A stretch of DNA of 64,000 bases, from assembly GCA_002009975.1 (NCBI GenBank), contig MTLP01000031.1:32001-96000 (forward strand). The letters are read 5' to 3'. Below are positions 30,620-39,824 of the stretch, piece by piece; the stretch's first letter is position 1, and each line of letters opens with the position of its first letter. The notes beneath the pieces are model-generated. The model saw nothing but the letters and a program-made list of their open reading frames with translations, did no database searches and was not told where the DNA came from. A program made the translations under genes and the position numbers. This stretch comes from Thermococcus sp. JdFR-02 (GTDB taxonomy: Archaea; Methanobacteriota_B; Thermococci; Thermococcales; Thermococcaceae).

Positions 30620-30731
30620 CTTGAGACACCTCAGGTATTACTTTCAAATCTTATCTAGTGTTAACCTTCATATTTTCATTTTTCGATAATTAAGTTATTG
30701 TTAAAATCTATGTAAACTTCTTTTTAAGACA

Positions 30732-31154
30732 TTAATCCTTAAAGACAAAAATTTCTGTTTTTGTAACCTTCTTCAAAAACTCAACTTTTAAGCCGCCATA
30801 ACCAACAAATTCACACCCCACCATTGTATCATTAGTTAAATTATATCTGTTCCTAGTTAAATTGAACACTTCCTCACATCTGTCATTAAGCCAAATTTTT
30901 ACCTCTACAGTTTCATTTCCCTTTTTGCATTCTATCGCAGTTATCTTATCAATCAAAAAATTCTCCTCAAATAAAACTGCCCCAACAATGGAGCCTACGG
31001 AAATTGTCCTATTGTCAACAATTTTTGTTTCACTCCAATTTGGAATTATCTCCACTAGGATATATTTCTCACAGGATAAGGGCGAATATTGAGGTTTATG
31101 CATTATCAACAAGAAAATAATGAGAAAAAGAAGGATTAACACTTTCCTAAACAT
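30732..31154 (-). CDS. Membrane-anchored Cys-containing hypothetical protein
   Basis: MFRKVLILLFLIIFLLIM anchor, four Cys, GGGGTG RBS. Confidence 0.72.
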   Translation of the reverse strand: MFRKVLILLFLIIFLLIMHKPQYSPLSCEKYILVEIIPNWSETKIVDNRTISVGSIVGAVLFEENFLIDKITAIECKKGNETVEVKIWLNDRCEEVFNLTRNRYNLTNDTMVGCEFVGYGGLKVEFLKKVTKTEIFVFKD

Positions 31155-31393
31155 TATGATACACCCCATGTTACATCACTCATTACTACTTCATTTAGTT
31201 CAGTCACACAGGAACTAGGAATCATTTACTATACTGTTATGACAAATTTTCCTTATATTTCTCTTTGTTATTTGTTCTAAGAGATTTCAATACTACAATT
31301 AGTATCATTATACATACAAACAGTCAACTTCTTAAGTTTGATTTTTAGTGTAATCTCAAGAATTGAGGATGCCAAGTCTCACAATTGTTGCGG

Positions 31394-31933
31394 TTATTTT
31401 TCACCTTCATGCCATTCCAGCGGATATCTCAGTGGAATTTCGAGTGTATAACGAAGCTTTCCCCAAGTTTGTATTACAAGCTTTTTGGCTTTTACTTTAG
31501 GAGTTATCTCAAGGATTGGAGGCTCTTTAATATCCAAGCATGTCCAAGTCACAGAAGAGACTTTGTTGTGATAGTAACAATCACCAAACTGAAACTTTAA
31601 AAAGAGTGTTTCATTCTCATAAGCACAAGAAGTCAAGTTAAAGTAATGGGGTATTGCTCCATAAAATCTCTCTTTTCTGAAAATTACTATAATTGTGCCA
31701 TTTTTGATTAATACCTCGCTATCCTCAACTTCTGTCCAATTTCCCTTAGGAACCCCTTCAACCGGTCTAAAAATCACCTTATAATCCACAAAGTCAGAGC
31801 AGTTAGGTTGCCAAGCAGGAAATTCTCTGGTTTTTGGGGAAATGTCAGTGTTGTGTTTTCCAACATTCCAAGTAACTATGATGATAACAAAAAGAAAAAG
31901 GAAAGTTAAAAATATTTGAACATTTCTTCGCAT
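31394..31933 (-). CDS. Membrane-anchored Cys-containing hypothetical protein directly downstream of the protease
   Basis: N-terminal TM; AGGTG RBS right after the protease stop; paralogue of 30065-30619. Confidence 0.8.
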   Translation of the reverse strand: MRRNVQIFLTFLFLFVIIIVTWNVGKHNTDISPKTREFPAWQPNCSDFVDYKVIFRPVEGVPKGNWTEVEDSEVLIKNGTIIVIFRKERFYGAIPHYFNLTSCAYENETLFLKFQFGDCYYHNKVSSVTWTCLDIKEPPILEITPKVKAKKLVIQTWGKLRYTLEIPLRYPLEWHEGEK

Positions 31934-31944
31934 TTTAAACACCT

Positions 31945-33263
31945 TCAACTAATATCAAGCACTATTCCCAAATCCTCTTCAATTCCATCAATAGGGCTAT
32001 AACCTGCTACAGTTTCAGTCCCTCCCCAATGTATACCATAAATCACTGCAGCTTCATTTCTGTAGTTGTGGTAGACTGGGGCCCCACTATCCCCACTAGC
32101 ATGCTCGTAGTAGCTTCCATTTGACAATAGAGAACCCCTCCTCCCTTTGGATATGAAGTTACACACTTGCCTGTAATTGCACCAGAGGTTTTTCCTGTTG
32201 TTATACCTACTTTATATACTATCTCCCCGATATATTGGTTTGAGGAGTACCTCTTTCCTATAACATTGCCATTGCTATAAATTCCTGTTGAAATGTCTGC
32301 ATTAGTAACTTCAATCAACAGTGAATCACTATACCTCGGAAGTGGTGGATTATAAACAATTACTCCAATGTAATTATCTGACCCCTCTGTAGGTTGATAC
32401 ACCGGTTGTCCAGAGGTTCCATAGTCTCCAAAATGGCCAGCTGTTACAGCATATTTCCTGCTTCCATAGTAACCTACATAACCTAATGTACCGGCACCTC
32501 CCTTTTCTCCATTGACTATTTGTATTCCCCCAACTAACGGTCTAATTCTGTCTGTGTTGCTCTCTAATTTCATGTATTCCCTTTTTTCTATTCTTACTGC
32601 TTCTTTTGGTATTCCAAGTTTTTCTAATTCATTTTCAAGGAGTTTCAGTTTCTCTGGTGTTACCTCTGCCAAACCTATGGTTAAAGTGTTGTGAGCTTCG
32701 TCAGCATCAATCATTGTAACACCAAGTTTTTTTACATCAAGCTTTTCCACAAGCTTCTTCCACTTTACTAACTGATAAAAGCTGTATTCACCTTTTAGGA
32801 ATACCACGTTTACTTTTCCCCTGTGTTTTCCTAATGTTTGCTTGATTTTCTCCTTATCCTTCTCATCCTTCACGTACACGAAAATTAATCCCTTCTCCTC
32901 ATTAATAAACATTCCTCCATACGAGGGCACGTTCCTAGAGAATTTGCCGTGAAGCTCATCAATTCCCAGCAAATCAGTTAAATCCTTTGCAGCTTGATGT
33001 AAAACACTAACATCAGGCTTCTTAAAAATTCCGTAAGGCATTTCTTTGAATGCAAACCCCATGAAACCCTTAACTTTTTCAGGCTCTTGGCAATACCACC
33101 AGACTCTGGGCTCGCTCTTCTCAACCCACCGCCCATTCTCAAAAACCCAATAATTTACCATTTGACAAGTCTTGCCCTTATCACTACTTCTAATCCCCGC
33201 GCTCCCAAAAGAACCCAAAACCAATAAACCAAGCAATAAAATACCCAGTAGTTTCCATCGCAT
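31945..33263 (-). pseudogene. Secreted S1 (chymotrypsin/alpha-lytic-type) serine protease, split by a 1-nt frameshift
   Basis: Signal peptide, pro-region, RIRPLVGG, TAGH (His) and YSD (Asp) in ORF 32043-33275; GDSGAP (Ser) and GIHWGG in overlapping ORF 31945-32166; span is 1319 nt, one short of a multiple of 3. Confidence 0.85.
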
Positions 33264-33525
33264 TGGTATCACCATATAAAGTTTTCATAATTTTATATAA
33301 TCTCAAGATATTTAAAATTTTTGACTTTAAGATATCAAATTTATTTTAAAAAAAGTAAATGTTGGAAAGCCTCATTTTCGAAATAGAAGGAATTTAAAGC
33401 AGAAAAATCCCAGAAAGTAACCAAAATGTTGATACTTTTTTGATTATCTAAATAAATTACTACTTTAATGTGTTAAACTGATAGAAGTTATCACTCTCCT
33501 AATTTTCTCCCAAAACACTTTTATG

Positions 33526-33542
33526 TATCACCGACAATGAGT
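33526..33542 (+). promoter_or_regulatory. Possible TGM (TrmBL1/Tgr) site upstream of malP
   Basis: TATCAC-cgaca-ATGAGT versus consensus TATCAC-N5-GTGATA, immediately after a TTTTATG TATA-like element. Confidence 0.45.
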
Positions 33543-33572
33543 ATAATAACAATTGCTTTATGAGGTGAGCTT

Positions 33573-36080
33573 ATGACTGAGGTAGAATCAAAGATTATGG
33601 AGAAGCTTCCCGAAAATATTAAAGGTTTGTTAGACCTTGCTTACAACTATTGGTGGACTTGGAATCACAAGGCTCAAAGACTGTGGATGTATATAGACGA
33701 GGAACATTGGAGAGAGTATAAGAATCCAGTGAAGCTTCTTCTTGAAGTTGATGAAAAGCGTTTAAAAGAACTCTCAAGAGATGAACAGTTCTTAAACCTC
33801 TATGAGCTCGTTATAGGGAATTTTGAAAAATACATGAACGAAAAAAACACATGGTTCTCAAGCAACTACCCGAAATGGGACAAACCCATAGTGTATCTTT
33901 GTATGGAATACGGGATTGGGAAGAGTTTGCCCATCTATTCTGGTGGATTGGGAATTTTAGCAGGGGATCACGTTAAAACTGCCAGCGATTTAGGATTACC
34001 CTTCATTGCGATTGGCTTGCTGTATAAACATGGATATTTTAAGCAGGAGATTGATACAACTGGAAATCAAATAGAAATTTTCCCAAGCTATGATCCAGAG
34101 GAAATGCCAATAAAACAAGTCCTTAAGGAAAATGGAGAGCCTTTATTGATTGAAGTTCCAATTGAGAACAAGATAGTCTATGCTAGGGTTTTTGAGGTAA
34201 ATGTTGGTAGGGTAAAGCTCTATCTCTTAGATACAGATGTCGAAGAAAATTCTTGGGAAGACAGAAAAATCTGTGATTACCTCTATAATGCAGAGCTTGA
34301 TAAGAGAATAAAGCAAGAAATTCTCCTAGGAATTGGTGGAATGAGATTATTAGAAAAATTGGAAATTGAACCAGGAGTAATACACTTAAATGAAGGTCAT
34401 CCAGCGTTTGCAAACTTCCAGAGAATCGCGTGGTACATGGAAAAAGGGCTAAGATTTGAGGAAGCTTTGGAAGTAGTTAGAGGAACAAGCGTTTTCACAA
34501 CTCACACACCCGTCCCAGCTGGGCATGATGTCTTTCCAGTATGGTTCGTTGAGGAAAAGTTGACAAAATTCTTTGAGAGCCTTCCAAAAGAGAAGTTCCT
34601 CAGCTTAGGAAAGGTTGAAGAAAAAGATCCTAACTTCAACATGAGCTTATTAGCTATAAGAACTTCTAACTTTGTCAATGGAGTTAGCAAATTACATGCC
34701 GACGTTACTAAGCTAATGTGGCAGAGCCTTTGGAAAGAGGTTCCATTAGACGAGATTCCGATTGAAGGCATAACAAACGGTGTGCACACTTCAACATGGG
34801 TTCATGAGGAGATGGCAAAGCTTTATGACAGATATATGGGCAAAGTTTGGAGAAATCATGTAAACTTAGAGGGTATTTGGTATGCGATAGAAAAGATACC
34901 AGATGAGGAACTGTGGGGCACTCATTTAAGGGCAAAGAGACAACTCATAGAGCTAATTAAAAGGAAGATAAAAGAGAGGAACGAGCGCTTAGGAATAGAT
35001 GAACCTATTCCAGAGATTGATGAAAATGCCTTGATAATAGGATTTGCAAGGAGATTCGCAACTTATAAAAGAGCAATTTTGCTACTGAGTGACCTTGAAA
35101 GGTTAAAGAAAATCGTAAATAACCCAGAGAAGCCCGTCTATATAATATATGCTGGAAAAGCCCACCCAAGAGATTTAGCAGGAAAAGAATTCTTAAGAAA
35201 AGTCTATGAAATTTCCCAGATGCCGGAGTTTAAGGGTAAAATAATCCTATTTGAAAACTATGATATGGGTTCTGCACGTTTAATGGTTGCTGGAGTTGAC
35301 GTTTGGCTAAACAATCCAAGAAGACCCATGGAAGCAAGTGGGACAAGTGGGATGAAAGCCGGTTTAAATGGAGTTCTAAACCTAAGCATATACGATGGAT
35401 GGTGGGTTGAAGGTTACAATGGTAGGAATGGATGGGTAATAGGCGAAGAGACAACAGAACCAGAAAGTGAAGCAGATGATCCTAAAGATGCTCAAAGCCT
35501 TTATGAACTTTTGGAGACCGAGATAATCCCATTGTACTATGAGAATCGCGAAAAATGGATACAAATAATGAAGGAGAGCATAAAGAGCATTGCTCCAAGA
35601 TTCAGCACTCACAGGATGGTAAAAGAATATATGGCAAAATTCTATACAAAGGCTATGGAGCATGGAATCTGGCTTGTAAGAGACAACTTCAGGTGGGCAA
35701 AGGAAATTGCAGAATGGAAAGAGAAAGTCTTTAAATCATGGGGCAACGTTAGGATAGAGAGCATTATAACGAAAGATGCAAGAGGAGTAGATGTTATAGT
35801 TAATCTTAATGGACTAAGTCCAGAAGATGTAAAAGTTGAGCTTTATTATGGAGTTAAGGCTTGGGAGTATATAATAGAAAAGCCGCATATAATCGAACTC
35901 AAAAATCCAGAAGATTTAGGTAATGGAAAATTTAGATACAGATACGAGGGCACTGCATTAAGAAATCTAAGAAACCCATGTTGGCACTATGCTGTTAGAA
36001 TTTACCCACACCATGCCAGATTGCCCTATAAATTCCTCTTTGGTGGATTAATAAAATGGAGAGGGCTCTTTGAAGAATAA
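33573..36080 (+). CDS. malP: Maltodextrin/alpha-glucan phosphorylase
   Basis: YSGGLGILAGDH, HLNEGH, FTTHTPVPAGHD, FARRFATYKRA, EASGTSGMKA (PLP Lys). Confidence 0.97.
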   Translation: MTEVESKIMEKLPENIKGLLDLAYNYWWTWNHKAQRLWMYIDEEHWREYKNPVKLLLEVDEKRLKELSRDEQFLNLYELVIGNFEKYMNEKNTWFSSNYPKWDKPIVYLCMEYGIGKSLPIYSGGLGILAGDHVKTASDLGLPFIAIGLLYKHGYFKQEIDTTGNQIEIFPSYDPEEMPIKQVLKENGEPLLIEVPIENKIVYARVFEVNVGRVKLYLLDTDVEENSWEDRKICDYLYNAELDKRIKQEILLGIGGMRLLEKLEIEPGVIHLNEGHPAFANFQRIAWYMEKGLRFEEALEVVRGTSVFTTHTPVPAGHDVFPVWFVEEKLTKFFESLPKEKFLSLGKVEEKDPNFNMSLLAIRTSNFVNGVSKLHADVTKLMWQSLWKEVPLDEIPIEGITNGVHTSTWVHEEMAKLYDRYMGKVWRNHVNLEGIWYAIEKIPDEELWGTHLRAKRQLIELIKRKIKERNERLGIDEPIPEIDENALIIGFARRFATYKRAILLLSDLERLKKIVNNPEKPVYIIYAGKAHPRDLAGKEFLRKVYEISQMPEFKGKIILFENYDMGSARLMVAGVDVWLNNPRRPMEASGTSGMKAGLNGVLNLSIYDGWWVEGYNGRNGWVIGEETTEPESEADDPKDAQSLYELLETEIIPLYYENREKWIQIMKESIKSIAPRFSTHRMVKEYMAKFYTKAMEHGIWLVRDNFRWAKEIAEWKEKVFKSWGNVRIESIITKDARGVDVIVNLNGLSPEDVKVELYYGVKAWEYIIEKPHIIELKNPEDLGNGKFRYRYEGTALRNLRNPCWHYAVRIYPHHARLPYKFLFGGLIKWRGLFEE

Positions 36081-36088
36081 AAGAAAAG

Positions 36089-36673
36089 TTAAGCCTTCTT
36101 TTCTTCTTTCTTTTGTTGTAGCTTTGGAGGTTTAAGACCGTATCCCAAGATTTTGAATTCCACTGTTTCTCCATCTCTTAGAACGTATCTAACTTTTCCA
36201 TCTTCAAGCTTCTCAATCTTTGCCAATGGATGCCTATAGTCTGTGAATTTCTTGACCTTTTCTTCTGGAAGCGGAACCCAATCAAAGAGTTCCAACTCCT
36301 CATCTTTCCAAACTGTGGTAAGCATATAATTGCTTACAAAGCCTAAGGCATTTGTTGGACACACATCAACACAGAATTGACAGAAGGTACACCTTCCATA
36401 ATCCACCTTTGGATGCGGTCTTTTCTCCCCTTCAATCCATGTCATTTCTATAGCTCTTGCTGGACATATCTGCCCGCACATGTTACACCCTATACAGGTT
36501 TTCCAGTTTAGAGTATGGAAACCTCTATAGTTTTCAGCAATTTGAGTTGGTTCATAGGGGATTTTAATTGTAACAGGTTTTTTGAAAAGATACTTTAAGC
36601 TCATCCAAGGTTTGATAAATGATGGTCTTTTCTTAACTTCTTCCTCAGGTGCGACTTTAATTTTCATACCCAT
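36089..36673 (-). CDS. mbxN: Membrane-bound sulfane reductase subunit N (NuoI-like, 2x[4Fe-4S])
   Basis: CIGCNMCGQICP and CTFCQFCVDVCP. Confidence 0.9.
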   Translation of the reverse strand: MGMKIKVAPEEEVKKRPSFIKPWMSLKYLFKKPVTIKIPYEPTQIAENYRGFHTLNWKTCIGCNMCGQICPARAIEMTWIEGEKRPHPKVDYGRCTFCQFCVDVCPTNALGFVSNYMLTTVWKDEELELFDWVPLPEEKVKKFTDYRHPLAKIEKLEDGKVRYVLRDGETVEFKILGYGLKPPKLQQKKEEKKA

Positions 36674-36678
36674 GATCA

Positions 36679-37854
36679 TCACCTATCTATATCTGGTGGA
36701 CAATTACCCAAGCTCATCAATATAACTGGGACATCAGCTATTCTTGCTCCAACTAAAAGCTGCTCCAAAACCCTAATCCCATGAGCTATGCTTGGTCCTC
36801 TAATTTGAACTCTGTAGGGTTTACTCCCTCCATCGCTTACTACATAAGCACCAAAGTCTCCCATCGTAGCTTCAACATGAGCATAAGCTTCACCTGCTGG
36901 AACTTTAAACCTTGGAAGAGCTTTTAATCGTGGATCTTGGACTTTATATGCTCCACTTGGAGGTCCCATCTCGAGGAGCTGCTCTAATATGTATAGGTCC
37001 TGCTCAAGCTCGAATCTTCTAACCAAAGCTCTCGCTAAAGCATCGCCTTCCTTTAATACTGGGATTTCAAAGTCAAGCTCTGGGTAAAATAGATATGGAT
37101 CAAGCTTTCTAACGTCTGCTGCAACTCCAGTAGCCCTTAAATTGGGTCCAGTTACTCCTTCATCCAAAGCAAACTTCTTGTCCATTACTCCAATTCCTTC
37201 CATTCTTCTATGAGTAATGTAGTTCTCAAAGAGCACATTATCAAAATCCTTTAGCTTGTCTTTTATGTACTCAACAGTATCTTTCAATTGTCTAAGCCAT
37301 TTATCGCTTGGAATGTCCCTTCTAACTCCCCCTGGAATTGTATAGATATGATAAACTCTTGCACCTGTTAATTCCTCAAAAAGTGCCATTAATCTTTCTC
37401 TATAAGCAGCAGCCCACTGACCAGCCGTATAGACACCAAGCTTAAATCCCAAACCCATTGTCCAAAATAAGTAAGAGCTGACCCTTGCCATCTCTAAAAC
37501 TACTGTCCTTATCCATTGAGCTCTCTCTGGAACCTCCCATCCCATTAGCTCGTCAACAGCCATTGAGTATATTGCCTCTGGAACATCTGGCTCTGGAACA
37601 CAGATTCTCAAAAGTAGAGCTATGTTAGTGTACCAAGGTCTAAACTCAGCTAACTTTTCAAAACCTCTATGCAAAAATCCTGGATTTGCAATGGCTTTAA
37701 CTACCCTATGTCCATCCATTTTAAGGATAATGCTAAAGTTCTCTGTAGCCATATGCTGTGGTCCAAAGAATAACTCGTAAGTGTCTTTATCTAAGGGTAA
37801 GAGCTCCATTCCGTTCTCCCTTGCTTCCTTAACTAACTCACTTTGTGAAACCAT
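36679..37854 (-). CDS. mbxL: MBS catalytic subunit L (NuoD-like)
   Basis: FGPQH, GFLHRGFEKL, RICVPE and GNCPPDIDR (only two of the four NiFe Cys, so not a hydrogenase). Confidence 0.92.
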   Translation of the reverse strand: MVSQSELVKEARENGMELLPLDKDTYELFFGPQHMATENFSIILKMDGHRVVKAIANPGFLHRGFEKLAEFRPWYTNIALLLRICVPEPDVPEAIYSMAVDELMGWEVPERAQWIRTVVLEMARVSSYLFWTMGLGFKLGVYTAGQWAAAYRERLMALFEELTGARVYHIYTIPGGVRRDIPSDKWLRQLKDTVEYIKDKLKDFDNVLFENYITHRRMEGIGVMDKKFALDEGVTGPNLRATGVAADVRKLDPYLFYPELDFEIPVLKEGDALARALVRRFELEQDLYILEQLLEMGPPSGAYKVQDPRLKALPRFKVPAGEAYAHVEATMGDFGAYVVSDGGSKPYRVQIRGPSIAHGIRVLEQLLVGARIADVPVILMSLGNCPPDIDR

Positions 37855-37864
37855 AATCCTCACC

Positions 37865-38383
37865 TCAGATTACATAATTATCCTTATCCTCATCAAATCT
37901 GTCCAAAATCTTGTACTTCCTCTTTGTATAACCGAGCCAATCAAAGTCCTTTCTGTGCGGAAATAACCCCTGTTCTGCATCATCTAAAATCCAAGGCATT
38001 TCCATCTTTTCATTTCCTTCAAAGTAAACCCCATAAAAGTCGTGTGCATCTCTCTCATAAGTCTCTGCAACTGGATAAATATCCTTTACAGTTGGCATTC
38101 TTGCTTTATCTAAGTCCCTTGGAATCCTTGTCTTAACGAAAGCATGAACTGCATAGGTGTAGCTCCAAAGCTGATACACAAGCTCAAATTCTCCATCCTT
38201 TAACCAATCAACAACCGTTATCTGCATCATTGATTCAAAGTTGTTTTCCTTCATGATCATGAGGAATTCTCTAATCCTATCTGCTGGGACTTTGAACTCT
38301 ATTCTTCTTTCCCTCTTAACTTTCCCTTCTGCATAAGGAGCTTTTTCAAGTACCTTTTGAACAATCACTTCTTCTTTAGCCAT
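37865..38383 (-). CDS. mbxK: MBS subunit K (NuoC-like)
   Basis: YERDAHDFYGVYFEGN, FPHRKDF. Confidence 0.9.
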   Translation of the reverse strand: MAKEEVIVQKVLEKAPYAEGKVKRERRIEFKVPADRIREFLMIMKENNFESMMQITVVDWLKDGEFELVYQLWSYTYAVHAFVKTRIPRDLDKARMPTVKDIYPVAETYERDAHDFYGVYFEGNEKMEMPWILDDAEQGLFPHRKDFDWLGYTKRKYKILDRFDEDKDNYVI

Positions 38384-38925
38384 GGAATCCACCTCCTTGC
38401 TTCCTTCTCTCTCCAACCCTCACCAAATAGTTCGTCTTGGTTTTTCTTATACCACTCATAGTTCTCCTTATAGCGTTTCCATCCATCAGCGGTTCCATTT
38501 TCAATCATTTCCATTATTTTCTTGATTCCGTCCATTACAGCTTCTGGTCTTGGCATGCATCCAGCTATTGCAACATCAACGGGTATATACCTATCCAAAT
38601 GCTTTATCGCGTTGTATGAATCCCAATATATTCCACCATTAAGGGGACATGAACCGTGAGCTAAAACATATTTTGGATCTGGTTGAAGTTCATAGGTTAT
38701 TATTATTCTCTTTAGCGTCTTTGGGGTTACATAGCCAGTGATTAGGAATAAATCTGCCATTCTTGGTGCTGGATTTGGCATCATACCAAACCTTTCCAAG
38801 TCATAACGTGATGTCATTAGAGGTGGCATTTCTATACCACCACATCCCGTACAAAATGCTACAATCCAAAGACTCTTCTTTCTCGCATAGTTAAATAAGG
38901 GTTCAAAGAGACGCCAATCAACCAT
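38365..38925 (-). CDS. mbxJ: MBS subunit J (NuoB-like)
   Basis: CTGCGGIE, RYDLERFG, HGSC, AGCMPRPE. Confidence 0.92.
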   Translation of the reverse strand: MVDWRLFEPLFNYARKKSLWIVAFCTGCGGIEMPPLMTSRYDLERFGMMPNPAPRMADLFLITGYVTPKTLKRIIITYELQPDPKYVLAHGSCPLNGGIYWDSYNAIKHLDRYIPVDVAIAGCMPRPEAVMDGIKKIMEMIENGTADGWKRYKENYEWYKKNQDELFGEGWREKEARRWIPWLKKK

Positions 38926-38935
38926 TTTTATCACC

Positions 38936-39823
38936 TCACAAACTTGCTAATATCGCGCCCAAAGCGGCTATTATAGTTGGCCACTTCCAGTAAAACTTAG
39001 CTGCTTGGTCAATTGTGAATCTTGGGAATATTGCCCCTATGAATATAGCTATCATAAGCACAGCTACTTGTTTAATAAGCAATACTAGAATGCTTCCTCC
39101 TCCAAGGAATATGTTTGCAAAGAATAATGTCTCAGCGAACAATGCTATTGCATGCTGTATTTGTAGCATTCCCATGTGTTTTCCTCCAAATTCCACCATT
39201 GGACCCAAAGAGATTTCTCCAGGAGCTATCATGATATCAAACGGCTCCTTTCCAAACATGGCTTGAAGAACTATGTCATAAGCTATCGCCGCCAAGAACA
39301 ATGGTAAGTGGAATATGCTCCATCCGCCCGCTTGCTGTGCCATAACTATCTCATAAGTGCTGAAAGTTCCATAAAACTGTGCTAAGGCAATTATTGCAAA
39401 ACCTAATGGAACTTGAATCGCCAAAAGTGTTAGTAAAGCCCTCTGAGCACCTAAACCCGCCCATGGATTCCCAGAACTCATTGCCGCAAACATTATTCCA
39501 AGCATTGGAATTTCGAGGAGGAAGGTAATTAAGATTAAGTCACCATAAGCCCTTAAGATGCTGATATTCCCAAGGGGAATAAACATTAAGGCTAAGATTG
39601 TTGCTCCTAATGCATAGATAATTCCAAAGTCGTAGATGAGTCCATGAGTAATGTTGCTTTTCTTTGAGAGTAACTTAATTGTATCAAGGATTGGCTGGTA
39701 AATTGGAGGTCCTACCCTCCTATGAATCCTTGCTGTTACTATTCTGATTATTCCCATGAACATGAAACCTACAAATGTTGCATAAATTAAAATTAGGAAA
39801 GCCCTTAAGGCAATTTCAAGCAT
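38936..39823 (-). CDS. mbxM: MBS subunit M (NuoH-like)
   Basis: ARIHRRVGPPIYQP..D..KL, PFD..APGEI..GPMVEF, PRF. Confidence 0.9.
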   Translation of the reverse strand: MLEIALRAFLILIYATFVGFMFMGIIRIVTARIHRRVGPPIYQPILDTIKLLSKKSNITHGLIYDFGIIYALGATILALMFIPLGNISILRAYGDLILITFLLEIPMLGIMFAAMSSGNPWAGLGAQRALLTLLAIQVPLGFAIIALAQFYGTFSTYEIVMAQQAGGWSIFHLPLFLAAIAYDIVLQAMFGKEPFDIMIAPGEISLGPMVEFGGKHMGMLQIQHAIALFAETLFFANIFLGGGSILVLLIKQVAVLMIAIFIGAIFPRFTIDQAAKFYWKWPTIIAALGAILASL

Positions 39824-39824
39824 T

